In this document: positions 1 through 13,698 of the stretch, in pieces
Layout of the letters: each line of letters opens with the position of its first letter
How positions within the stretch are numbered: position 1 is the first letter of the stretch
From: Eledone cirrhosa
Lineage: Eukaryota
Direction of reading: 5' to 3'
Assembly (NCBI GenBank): GCA_964016885.1
Contig: OZ024741.1
Span: forward strand, 396,180,001 to 396,244,000
Length of the DNA stretch: 64,000 nucleotides
The notes under the pieces: generated by a model
Seen by the model: the letters and a program-made list of their open reading frames with translations, nothing else
What the model was told of the DNA's origin: nothing
Databases searched by the model: none
Translations under genes and position numbers: made by a program

Positions 1-2169
1 CACACCACAAGGGTCAAAGTGTTTCAATCAGTCACACCACAAGGGTCAAAGTGAATCAATCAGTCACACCACAAGGGTCAAAGTGTTTCAATAAGTCACA
101 CCACAAGGGTCAAATTCCTTCAATCAGTCACACCACAAGGGTCAAAGTGCATCAATCAGTCACACCACAAGAGTCAAAGTGCTTCAATCAGTCACACCAC
201 AAGGGTCAAATTCCTTCAATCAGTCACACCACAAGGGTCAAAGTGCATCAATCAGTCACACCACAAGGGGCAAAGTGCATCAATCAGCCACACCACAAGG
301 GTCAAAGTGCATCAATCAGTCACACCACAAGAGTCAAAGTGCATCAATCAGTCACACCACAAGAGTCAAAGTGCATCAATCAGTGACACCACAAGGGTCA
401 AAGTGCATCAATCAGTCACACCACAAGGGTCAAAGTGCATCAATCAGTCACACCACAAGGGTCAAAGTGCATCAATCAGTCACACCACAAGAGTCAAAGT
501 GCATCAATCAGTCACACCACAAGAGTCAAAGTGCATCAATCAGTCATACCACAAGGGTCAAATTCCTTCAATCAGTCACACCACAAGGGTCAAAGTGCAT
601 CAATCAGTCACACCACAAGGGTCAAAGTGCATCAATCAGTCACACCACAAGAGTCAAATTGCTTCAATCAGTCACACCACAAGGGTCAAATTCCTTTAAT
701 CAGTCACACCACAAGGGTCAAAGTGCATCAATCAGTCACACCACAAGGGTCAAAGTGATCAATCAGTCACACCACAAGGGTCAAATTCCTTCAATCAGTC
801 ACACCACAAGGGTCAAAGTGCATCAATCAGTCACACCACAAGGGTCAAACTGCATCAATCAGTCACACCACAAGGGTCAAAGTGCATCAATCAGTCACAC
901 CACAAGGGTCAAAGTGCATCAATCAGTCACACCACAAGGGTCAAAGTGTTTCAATCAGTCACACCACAAGGGTCAAAGTGCATCAATCAGTCACACCACA
1001 AGGGTCAAAGTGCATCAATCAGTCACACCACAAGGGTCAAAGTGCATCAATCAGTCACACCACAAGGGTCAAAGTGCATCAATCAGTCACACCACAAGAG
1101 TCAAAGTGCATCAATCAGTCACACCACAAGGGTCAAATTCCTTCAATCAGTCACACCACAATAGTCAAAGTGCATCAATCAGTCACACCACAAGGGTCAA
1201 AGTGCATCAATCAGTTACACCACAAGGGTCAAAGTGCATCAATCAGTCACACCACAAGGGTCAAATTCCTTCAATCAGTCACACCACAAGGGTCAAAGTG
1301 CATCAGTCAGTCACACCGCAAGAGTCAAAGTGCATCAATCAGTCACACAACAAGGGTCAAAGTGCATCAATCAGCCACACCACAAGGGTCAAAGTGCATC
1401 AATCAGTCACACCACAAGGGTCAAAGTGCATCAATCAGTCACACCACAAGAGTCAAAGTGCATCATTCAGTCACACCACAAGGGTCAAAGTGCATCAATC
1501 AGTCACACCACAAGGGTCAAAGTGCATCAATCAGTCACACCACAAGGGTCAAAGTGCATCAATCAGTCACACCACAAGGGTCAAAGTGCATCAATCAGTC
1601 ACACCACAAGGGTCAAAGTGCATCAATCAGTCACACCACAAGGGTCAAATTCCTTCATTCAGTCACACCACAAGGGTCAAAGTGCATCAATCAGTCACAC
1701 CACAAGTGTCAAAGTGCATCAATCAGACACACCACAAGGGTCAAAGTGCATCAATCAGTCACACCACAAGGGTCAAAGTGCATCACAGTCACACCACATG
1801 GGTCAAAGTGCATCAATCAGTCACACCAAAAGGGTCAAAGTGCATCAATCAGTCACACCACAAGAGTCAAAGTGCATCAATCAGCCACACCACAAGGGTC
1901 AAAGTGCATCAATCAGTCACACCACAAGGGTCAAAGTGCATCAATCAGTCAGACCACAAGGGTCAAAGTGGATCAGTCAGTCACACCACAAGGGTCAAAG
2001 TGCATCAATCAGTCACACCACAAGGGTCAAAGTGCATCAATCAGTCACACCACAAGAGTCAAAGTGCATCAATCAGTCACACCACAAGAGTCAAAGTGCA
2101 TCAATCAGTCACACCACAAGGGTCAAATTCCTTCAATCAGTCACACCACAAGGGTCAAAGTGCATCAAT

Positions 2170-5100
2170 CAGTCACACCATAAGAGTTAAAATGCATCAA
2201 TCAGTCACACCACAAGGGTCAAAGTGCATCAATCAGTCACACCTAGGGTCAAAGTGCATCAATCAGTCACACCACAAGGGTCAAAGTGCATCAATCAGTC
2301 ACACCACAAGGGTCAAAGTGCATCAATCAGTCACACCACAAGAGTCAAAGTGCATCAATCAGCCACACCACAAGGGTCAAAGTGCATCAATCAGTCACAC
2401 CACAAGGGTCAAAGTGCATCAATCAGCCACACCACAAGGGTCAAAGTGCATCAATCAGTCACACCACAAGGGTCAAAGTGCATCAATCAGTCACACCACA
2501 AGAGTCAAAGTGCATCAATCAGTCACACCACAAGGGTCAAAGTGCATCAACCAGTCACACCACAAGAGTTAAAGTGCATCAATCAGTCACACCACAAGGG
2601 TCAAAGTGCATCAATCAGTCACACCACAAGGGTCAAAGTGCATCAATCAGTCACACCACAAGGGTCAAAGTGCTTCAATCAGTCACACCACAAGGGTGAA
2701 AGGACATCAATTGGTCACACCACAAGAGTCAAAGTGCATCAATCAGTCACACCACAAGGGTCAAAGTGCATCAATCAGTCACACCACAAGGGTCAAAGTG
2801 CTTCAATCAGTCACACCACAAGGGTCAAAGTGCATCAATCAGTAACACCACAAGAGTCAAAGAGCATCAATCAGTCACACCACAAGGGTCAACGTGCATC
2901 AATCAGTCACACCACAAGGGTCAAAGTGCATCAATCAGTCACACCACAAGGGTCAAAGTGCATCAATCAGTCACACCACAAGGGTCAAAGTGCATCAATC
3001 AGCCACACCACAAGGGTCAAAGTGCATCAATCAGTCACACCACAAGAGTCAAAGTGCATCAATCAGCCTCACCACAAGAGTCAAAGTGCATCAATAATTT
3101 ACACCACAAGAGTCAAAGTGCATCAATCAGTCACACCACAAGAGTCAAAGTGCATCGATCAGTCACACCACAAGAGTCAAAGTGCATCAATCAGTTACAC
3201 CACAAGAGTCAAAATGCATCAATCAGTCACACCACAAGGGTCAAAGTGCATCAATCAACCACACCACAAGGGTCAGAGTACATCAATCAGTCACACCACA
3301 AGAGTCAAAGTGCATCAATCAGTCACACCACAAGGGTCAAAGTGCATCAATCAGTTAAACCACAAGAGTCAAAGTGCATCAATCAGTTACACCACAAGAG
3401 TCAAAGTGCATCAATCAGTCACACCACAAGAGTCAAAGTGCATCAATCAATCACACCACAAGGGTCAAAGTGCATCAATCAGTCACACCACAAGGGTCAA
3501 AGTGCATCAATCAGTCACACCACAAGAGTCAAAGTGCATCAATCAGTTACACCACAAGAGTCAAAGTGCATCAATCAGTCACACCACAAGGGTCAATGTG
3601 CATCAATCAGTTACACCACAAGAGTCAATGTGCATCAATCAGTTACACCACAAGAGTCAAAGTGCATCAATCAGACACACCACAATGGTCAAAGTGCATC
3701 AATCAGTTACACCACAAGAGTCAAAGTGCATCAATCAGTCACACCACAAGAGTCAAAGTGCATCAATCAGTCACACCACAAGGGTCAAAGTGCATCAATC
3801 AGTCACACCACAAGGGTCAAAGTGCATTAATCAGTCACACCACAAGAGTCAAAGTGCATCAATCAGTCACACCACAAGGGTCAAAGTGCATCAATCAGTC
3901 ACACCACAAGGGTCAAAGTGCATCAATCAGTCACACCACAAGGGTCAAAGTGCATCAATCAGTCACACCACAAGCGTCAAAGTGCATCAATCAGTCACAC
4001 CACAAGGGTCAAATTCCTTCAATCAGTCACACCACAAGGGTCAAAGTGCATCAATCAGTCACACCACAAGAGTTAAAGTGCATCAATCAGTCACACCACA
4101 AGGGTCAAAGTGCATCAATCAGTCACAGCACTAGGGTCAAAGTGCATCAATCAGTCACACCACAAGGGTCAAAGTGCATCAATCAGTCACACCACAAGGG
4201 TCAAAGTGCATCAATCAGTCACACCACAAGAGTCAAAGTGCATCAATCAGCCACACCACAAGGGTCAAAGTGCATCAATCAGTCACACCACAAGGGTCAA
4301 AGTGCATCAATCAGCCACACCACAAGTGTCAAAGTGCATCAATCAGTCACACCACAAGGATCAAAGTGCATCAATCAGTCACACCACAAGAGTCAAAGTG
4401 CATCAATCAGTCAAACCACAAGGGTCAAAGTCGTTCAACCAGTCACACCACAAGAGTTAAAGTGCATCAATCAGTCACACCACAAGGGTCAAAGTGCATC
4501 AATCAGTCACACCACAAGGGTCAAAGTGCATCAATCAGTCACACCACAAGGGTCAAAGTGCTTCAATCAGTCACACCACAAGGGTGAAAGGACATCAATT
4601 GGTCACACCACAAGAGTCAAAGTGCATCAATCAGTCACACCACAAGGGTCAAAGTGCATCAATCAGTCACACCACAAGGGTCAAAGTGCTTCAATCAGTC
4701 ACACCACAAGGGTCAAAGTGCATCAATCAGTAACACAACAAGAGTCAAAGAGCATCAATCAGTCACACCACAAGGGTCAACGTGCATCAATCAGTCACAC
4801 CACAAGGGTCATAGTGCATCAATCAGTCACACCACAAGGGTCAAAGTGCATCAATCAGTCACACCACAAGGGTCAAAGTGCATCAATCAGCCACACCACA
4901 AGGGTCAAAGTGCATCAATCAGTCACACCACAAGAGTCAAAGTGCATCAATCAGCCTCACCACAAGAGTCAAAGTGCATCAATCAGTTACACCACAAGAG
5001 TCAAAGTGCATCAATCAGTCACACCACAAGAGTCAAAGTGCATCGATCAGTCACACCACAAGAGTCAAAGTGCATCAATCAGTTACACCACAAGAGTCAA

Positions 5101-8100
5101 AGTGCATCAATCAGTCACACCACAAGAGTCAATGTGCATCAATCAGTTACACCACAAGAGTCAAAGTGCATCAATCAGTCACACCACAAGGGTCAAATTC
5201 CTTCAATCAGTCACACCACAAGGGTCAAAGTGCATCAATCAGTCACACCATAAGAGTTAAAATGCATCAATCAGTCACACCACAAGGGTCAAAGTGCATC
5301 AATCAGTCACACCTAGGGTCAAAGTGCATCAATCAGTCACACCACAAGGGTCAAAGTGCATCAATCAGTCACACCACAAGGGTCAAAGTGCATCAATCAG
5401 TCACACCACAAGAGTCAAAGTGCATCAATCAGCCACACCACAAGGGTCAAAGTGCATCAATCAGTCACACCACAAGGGTCAAAGTGCATCAATCAGCCAC
5501 ACCACAAGGGTCAAAGTGCATCAATCAGTCACACCACAAGGGTCAAAGTGCATCAATCAGTCACACCACAAGAGTCAAAGTGCATCAATCAGTCACACCA
5601 CAAGGGTCAAAGTGCATCAACCAGTCACACCACAAGAGTTAAAGTGCATCAATCAGTCACACCACAAGGGTCAAAGTGCATCAATCAGTCACACCACAAG
5701 GGTCAAAGTGCATCAATCAGTCACACCACAAGGGTCAAAGTGCTTCAATCAGTCACACCACAAGGGTGAAAGGACATCAATTGGTCACACCACAAGAGTC
5801 AAAGTGCATCAATCAGTCACACCACAAGGGTCAAAGTGCATCAATCAGTCACACCACAAGGGTCAAAGTGCTTCAATCAGTCACACCACAAGGGTCAAAG
5901 TGCATCAATCAGTAACACCACAAGAGTCAAAGAGCATCAATCAGTCACACCACAAGGGTCAACGTGCATCAATCAGTCACACCACAAGGGTCAAAGTGCA
6001 TCAATCAGTCACACCACAAGGGTCAAAGTGCATCAATCAGTCACACCACAAGGGTCAAAGTGCATCAATCAGCCACACCACAAGGGTCAAAGTGCATCAA
6101 TCAGTCACACCACAAGAGTCAAAGTGCATCAATCAGCCTCACCACAAGAGTCAAAGTGCATCAATAATTTACACCACAAGAGTCAAAGTGCATCAATCAG
6201 TCACACCACAAGAGTCAAAGTGCATCGATCAGTCACACCACAAGAGTCAAAGTGCATCAATCAGTTACACCACAAGAGTCAAAATGCATCAATCAGTCAC
6301 ACCACAAGGGTCAAAGTGCATCAATCAACCACACCACAAGGGTCAGAGTACATCAATCAGTCACACCACAAGAGTCAAAGTGCATCAATCAGTCACACCA
6401 CAAGGGTCAAAGTGCATCAATCAGTTAAACCACAAGAGTCAAAGTGCATCAATCAGTTACACCACAAGAGTCAAAGTGCATCAATCAGTCACACCACAAG
6501 AGTCAAAGTGCATCAATCAATCACACCACAAGGGTCAAAGTGCATCAATCAGTCACACCACAAGGGTCAAAGTGCATCAATCAGTCACACCACAAGAGTC
6601 AAAGTGCATCAATCAGTTACACCACAAGAGTCAAAGTGCATCAATCAGTCACACCACAAGGGTCAATGTGCATCAATCAGTTACACCACAAGAGTCAATG
6701 TGCATCAATCAGTTACACCACAAGAGTCAAAGTGCATCAATCAGACACACCACAATGGTCAAAGTGCATCAATCAGTTACACCACAAGAGTCAAAGTGCA
6801 TCAATCAGTCACACCACAAGAGTCAAAGTGCATCAATCAGTCACACCACAAGGGTCAAAGTGCATCAATCAGTCACACCACAAGGGTCAAAGTGCATTAA
6901 TCAGTCACACCACAAGAGTCAAAGTGCATCAATCAGTCACACCACAAGGGTCAAAGTGCATCAATCAGTCACACCACAAGGGTCAAAGTGCATCAATCAG
7001 TCACACCACAAGGGTCAAAGTGCATCAATCAGTCACACCACAAGCGTCAAAGTGCATCAATCAGTCACACCACAAGGGTCAAATTCCTTCAATCAGTCAC
7101 ACCACAAGGGTCAAAGTGCATCAATCAGTCACACCACAAGAGTTAAAGTGCATCAATCAGTCACACCACAAGGGTCAAAGTGCATCAATCAGTCACAGCA
7201 CTAGGGTCAAAGTGCATCAATCAGTCACACCACAAGGGTCAAAGTGCATCAATCAGTCACACCACAAGGGTCAAAGTGCATCAATCAGTCACACCACAAG
7301 AGTCAAAGTGCATCAATCAGCCACACCACAAGGGTCAAAGTGCATCAATCAGTCACACCACAAGGGTCAAAGTGCATCAATCAGCCACACCACAAGTGTC
7401 AAAGTGCATCAATCAGTCACACCACAAGGATCAAAGTGCATCAATCAGTCACACCACAAGAGTCAAAGTGCATCAATCAGTCAAACCACAAGGGTCAAAG
7501 TCGTTCAACCAGTCACACCACAAGAGTTAAAGTGCATCAATCAGTCACACCACAAGGGTCAAAGTGCATCAATCAGTCACACCACAAGGGTCAAAGTGCA
7601 TCAATCAGTCACACCACAAGGGTCAAAGTGCTTCAATCAGTCACACCACAAGGGTGAAAGGACATCAATTGGTCACACCACAAGAGTCAAAGTGCATCAA
7701 TCAGTCACACCACAAGGGTCAAAGTGCATCAATCAGTCACACCACAAGGGTCAAAGTGCTTCAATCAGTCACACCACAAGGGTCAAAGTGCATCAATCAG
7801 TAACACAACAAGAGTCAAAGAGCATCAATCAGTCACACCACAAGGGTCAACGTGCATCAATCAGTCACACCACAAGGGTCATAGTGCATCAATCAGTCAC
7901 ACCACAAGGGTCAAAGTGCATCAATCAGTCACACCACAAGGGTCAAAGTGCATCAATCAGCCACACCACAAGGGTCAAAGTGCATCAATCAGTCACACCA
8001 CAAGAGTCAAAGTGCATCAATCAGCCTCACCACAAGAGTCAAAGTGCATCAATCAGTTACACCACAAGAGTCAAAGTGCATCAATCAGTCACACCACAAG

Positions 8101-8195
8101 AGTCAAAGTGCATCGATCAGTCACACCACAAGAGTCAAAGTGCATCAATCAGTTACACCACAAGAGTCAAAGTGCATCAATCAGTCACACCACAA
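2170..8195 (+). repeat. Tandem higher-order duplication, period 3070 bp (96 monomers minus 2 bp)
   Basis: Rare markers recur at +3070: CATAAGAGTTAAAATGC 2180/5250, ACCTAGGG deletion monomer 2241/5311, TCAATAATTTAC 3091/6161, AAGTCGTTCAACC 4428/7498. The ORF translations 2224..4134 and 5294..7204 are identical. Confidence 0.95.
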
Positions 8196-11100
8196 GGGTC
8201 AAAGTGCATCAATCAACCACACCACAAGGGTCAAAGTACATCAATCAGTCACACCACAAGAGTCAAAGTGCATCAATCAGTCACACCACAAGAGTCAATG
8301 TGCATCAATCAGTTACACCACAAGAGTCAAAGTGCATCAATCAGACACACCACAATGGTCAAAGTGCATCAATCAGTTACACCACAAGAGTCAAAGTGCA
8401 TCAATCAGTTACACCACAAGAGTCAAAGTGCATCAATCAGTTACACCACAAGAGTCAAAGTGCATCAATCAGTCACACCACAAGAGTCAAAGTGCATCAA
8501 TCAATCACACCACAAGGGTCAAAGTGCATCAATCAGTCACACCACAAGGGTCAAAGTGCATCAATCAGTCACACCACAAGAGTCAAAGTGCATCAATCAG
8601 TTACACCACAAGAGTCAAAGTGCATCAATCAGTCACACCACAAGGGTCAATGTGCATCAATCAGTTACACCACAAGAGTCAATGTGCATCAATCAGTTAC
8701 ACCACAAGAGTCAAAGTGCATCAATCAGTCACACCACAAGGGTCAATGTGCATCAATCAGTTACACCACAAGAGTCAATGTGCATCAATCAGTTACACCA
8801 CAAGAGTCAAAGTGCATCAATCAGACACACCACAATGGTCAAAGTGCATCAATCAGTTACACCACAAGAGTCAAAGTGCATCAATCAGTCACACCACAAG
8901 AGTCAAAGTGCATCAATCAGTCACACCACAAGGGTCAAAGTGCATCAATCAGTCACACCACAAGGGTCAAAGTGCATTAATCAGTCACACCACAAGAGTC
9001 AAAGTGCATCAATCAGTCACACCACAAGGGTCAAAGTGCATCAATCAGTCACACCACAAGGGTCAAAGTGCATCAATCAGTCACACCACAAGGGTCAAAG
9101 TGCATCAATCAGTCACACCACAAGCGTCAAAGTGCATCAATCAGTCACACCACAAGGGTCAAATTCCTTCAATCAGTCACACCACAAGGGTCAAAGTGCA
9201 TCAATCAGTCACACCACAAGAGTTAAAGTGCATCAATCAGTCACACCACAAGGGTCAAAGTGCATCAATCAGTCACAGCACTAGGGTCAAAGTGCATCAA
9301 TCAGTCACACCACAAGGGTCAAAGTGCATCAATCAGTCACACCACAAGGGTCAAAGTGCATCAATCAGTCACACCACAAGAGTCAAAGTGCATCAATCAG
9401 CCACACCACAAGGGTCAAAGTGCATCAATCAGTCACACCACAAGGGTCAAAGTGCATCAATCAGCCACACCACAAGTGTCAAAGTGCATCAATCAGTCAC
9501 ACCACAAGGATCAAAGTGCATCAATCAGTCACACCACAAGAGTCAAAGTGCATCAATCAGTCAAACCACAAGGGTCAAAGTCGTTCAACCAGTCACACCA
9601 CAAGAGTTAAAGTGCATCAATCAGTCACACCACAAGGGTCAAAGTGCATCAATCAGTCACACCACAAGGGTCAAAGTGCATCAATCAGTCACACCACAAG
9701 GGTCAAAGTGCTTCAATCAGTCACACCACAAGGGTGAAAGGACATCAATTGGTCACACCACAAGAGTCAAAGTGCATCAATCAGTCACACCACAAGGGTC
9801 AAAGTGCATCAATCAGTCACACCACAAGGGTCAAAGTGCTTCAATCAGTCACACCACAAGGGTCAAAGTGCATCAATCAGTAACACAACAAGAGTCAAAG
9901 AGCATCAATCAGTCACACCACAAGGGTCAACGTGCATCAATCAGTCACACCACAAGGGTCATAGTGCATCAATCAGTCACACCACAAGGGTCAAAGTGCA
10001 TCAATCAGTCACACCACAAGGGTCAAAGTGCATCAATCAGCCACACCACAAGGGTCAAAGTGCATCAATCAGTCACACCACAAGAGTCAAAGTGCATCAA
10101 TCAGCCTCACCACAAGAGTCAAAGTGCATCAATCAGTTACACCACAAGAGTCAAAGTGCATCAATCAGTCACACCACAAGAGTCAAAGTGCATCGATCAG
10201 TCACACCACAAGAGTCAAAGTGCATCAATCAGTTACACCACAAGAGTCAAAGTGCATCAATCAGTCACACCACAAGAGTCAATGTGCATCAATCAGTTAC
10301 ACCACAAGAGTCAAAGTGCATCAATCAGTCACACCACAAGGGTCAAATTCCTTCAATCAGTCACACCACAAGGGTCAAAGTGCATCAATCAGTCACACCA
10401 TAAGAGTTAAAATGCATCAATCAGTCACACCACAAGGGTCAAAGTGCATCAATCAGTCACACCTAGGGTCAAAGTGCATCAATCAGTCACACCACAAGGG
10501 TCAAAGTGCATCAATCAGTCACACCACAAGGGTCAAAGTGCATCAATCAGTCACACCACAAGAGTCAAAGTGCATCAATCAGCCACACCACAAGGGTCAA
10601 AGTGCATCAATCAGTCACACCACAAGGGTCAAAGTGCATCAATCAGCCACACCACAAGGGTCAAAGTGCATCAATCAGTCACACCACAAGGGTCAAAGTG
10701 CATCAATCAGTCACACCACAAGAGTCAAAGTGCATCAATCAGTCACACCACAAGGGTCAAAGTGCATCAACCAGTCACACCACAAGAGTTAAAGTGCATC
10801 AATCAGTCACACCACAAGGGTCAAAGTGCATCAATCAGTCACACCACAAGGGTCAAAGTGCATCAATCAGTCACACCACAAGGGTCAAAGTGCTTCAATC
10901 AGTCACACCACAAGGGTGAAAGGACATCAATTGGTCACACCACAAGAGTCAAAGTGCATCAATCAGTCACACCACAAGGGTCAAAGTGCATCAATCAGTC
11001 ACACCACAAGGGTCAAAGTGCTTCAATCAGTCACACCACAAGGGTCAAAGTGCATCAATCAGTAACACCACAAGAGTCAAAGAGCATCAATCAGTCACAC

Positions 11101-13698
11101 CACAAGGGTCAACGTGCATCAATCAGTCACACCACAAGGGTCAAAGTGCATCAATCAGTCACACCACAAGGGTCAAAGTGCATCAATCAGTCACACCACA
11201 AGGGTCAAAGTGCATCAATCAGCCACACCACAAGGGTCAAAGTGCATCAATCAGTCACACCACAAGAGTCAAAGTGCATCAATCAGCCTCACCACAAGAG
11301 TCAAAGTGCATCAATAATTTACACCACAAGAGTCAAAGTGCATCAATCAGTCACACCACAAGAGTCAAAGTGCATCGATCAGTCACACCACAAGAGTCAA
11401 AGTGCATCAATCAGTTACACCACAAGAGTCAAAATGCATCAATCAGTCACACCACAAGGGTCAAAGTGCATCAATCAACCACACCACAAGGGTCAGAGTA
11501 CATCAATCAGTCACACCACAAGAGTCAAAGTGCATCAATCAGTCACACCACAAGGGTCAAAGTGCATCAATCAGTTAAACCACAAGAGTCAAAGTGCATC
11601 AATCAGTTACACCACAAGAGTCAAAGTGCATCAATCAGTCACACCACAAGAGTCAAAGTGCATCAATCAATCACACCACAAGGGTCAAAGTGCATCAATC
11701 AGTCACACCACAAGGGTCAAAGTGCATCAATCAGTCACACCACAAGAGTCAAAGTGCATCAATCAGTTACACCACAAGAGTCAAAGTGCATCAATCAGTC
11801 ACACCACAAGGGTCAATGTGCATCAATCAGTTACACCACAAGAGTCAATGTGCATCAATCAGTTACACCACAAGAGTCAAAGTGCATCAATCAGACACAC
11901 CACAATGGTCAAAGTGCATCAATCAGTTACACCACAAGAGTCAAAGTGCATCAATCAGTCACACCACAAGAGTCAAAGTGCATCAATCAGTCACACCACA
12001 AGGGTCAAAGTGCATCAATCAGTCACACCACAAGGGTCAAAGTGCATTAATCAGTCACACCACAAGAGTCAAAGTGCATCAATCAGTCACACCACAAGGG
12101 TCAAAGTGCATCAATCAGTCACACCACAAGGGTCAAAGTGCATCAATCAGTCACACCACAAGGGTCAAAGTGCATCAATCAGTCACACCACAAGCGTCAA
12201 AGTGCATCAATCAGTCACACCACAAGGGTCAAATTCCTTCAATCAGTCACACCACAAGGGTCAAAGTGCATCAATCAGTCACACCACAAGAGTTAAAGTG
12301 CATCAATCAGTCACACCACAAGGGTCAAAGTGCATCAATCAGTCACAGCACTAGGGTCAAAGTGCATCAATCAGTCACACCACAAGGGTCAAAGTGCATC
12401 AATCAGTCACACCACAAGGGTCAAAGTGCATCAATCAGTCACACCACAAGAGTCAAAGTGCATCAATCAGCCACACCACAAGGGTCAAAGTGCATCAATC
12501 AGTCACACCACAAGGGTCAAAGTGCATCAATCAGCCACACCACAAGTGTCAAAGTGCATCAATCAGTCACACCACAAGGATCAAAGTGCATCAATCAGTC
12601 ACACCACAAGAGTCAAAGTGCATCAATCAGTCAAACCACAAGGGTCAAAGTCGTTCAACCAGTCACACCACAAGAGTTAAAGTGCATCAATCAGTCACAC
12701 CACAAGGGTCAAAGTGCATCAATCAGTCACACCACAAGGGTCAAAGTGCATCAATCAGTCACACCACAAGGGTCAAAGTGCTTCAATCAGTCACACCACA
12801 AGGGTGAAAGGACATCAATTGGTCACACCACAAGAGTCAAAGTGCATCAATCAGTCACACCACAAGGGTCAAAGTGCATCAATCAGTCACACCACAAGGG
12901 TCAAAGTGCTTCAATCAGTCACACCACAAGGGTCAAAGTGCATCAATCAGTAACACAACAAGAGTCAAAGAGCATCAATCAGTCACACCACAAGGGTCAA
13001 CGTGCATCAATCAGTCACACCACAAGGGTCATAGTGCATCAATCAGTCACACCACAAGGGTCAAAGTGCATCAATCAGTCACACCACAAGGGTCAAAGTG
13101 CATCAATCAGCCACACCACAAGGGTCAAAGTGCATCAATCAGTCACACCACAAGAGTCAAAGTGCATCAATCAGCCTCACCACAAGAGTCAAAGTGCATC
13201 AATCAGTTACACCACAAGAGTCAAAGTGCATCAATCAGTCACACCACAAGAGTCAAAGTGCATCGATCAGTCACACCACAAGAGTCAAAGTGCATCAATC
13301 AGTTACACCACAAGAGTCAAAGTGCATCAATCAGTCACACCACAAGGGTCAAAGTGCATCAATCAACCACACCACAAGGGTCAAAGTACATCAATCAGTC
13401 ACACCACAAGAGTCAAAGTGCATCAATCAGTCACACCACAAGAGTCAATGTGCATCAATCAGTTACACCACAAGAGTCAAAGTGCATCAATCAGACACAC
13501 CACAATGGTCAAAGTGCATCAATCAGTTACACCACAAGAGTCAAAGTGCATCAATCAGTTACACCACAAGAGTCAAAGTGCATCAATCAGTTACACCACA
13601 AGAGTCAAAGTGCATCAATCAGTCACACCACAAGAGTCAAAGTGCATCAATCAATCACACCACAAGGGTCAAAGTGCATCAATCAGTCACACCACAAG
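3534..13698 (+). repeat. Tandem higher-order duplication, period 5150 bp (161 monomers minus 2 bp = 3070 + 2080)
   Basis: 3534-8548 matches 8684-13698. Identical ORF pairs are 4110/9260, 4654/9804, 4878/10028, 5294/10444 and 7180/12330. The match breaks at about 8549/13699 and 3533/8683. Confidence 0.93.

Noticed and set aside
1-32. Monomer derived from a shorter sub-repeat (ATCA-ATCA-GTCA; two GTCA-led halves of 14 and 18 bp)
   Set aside because: The halves share little beyond GTCA, which is too short to support an internal duplication.
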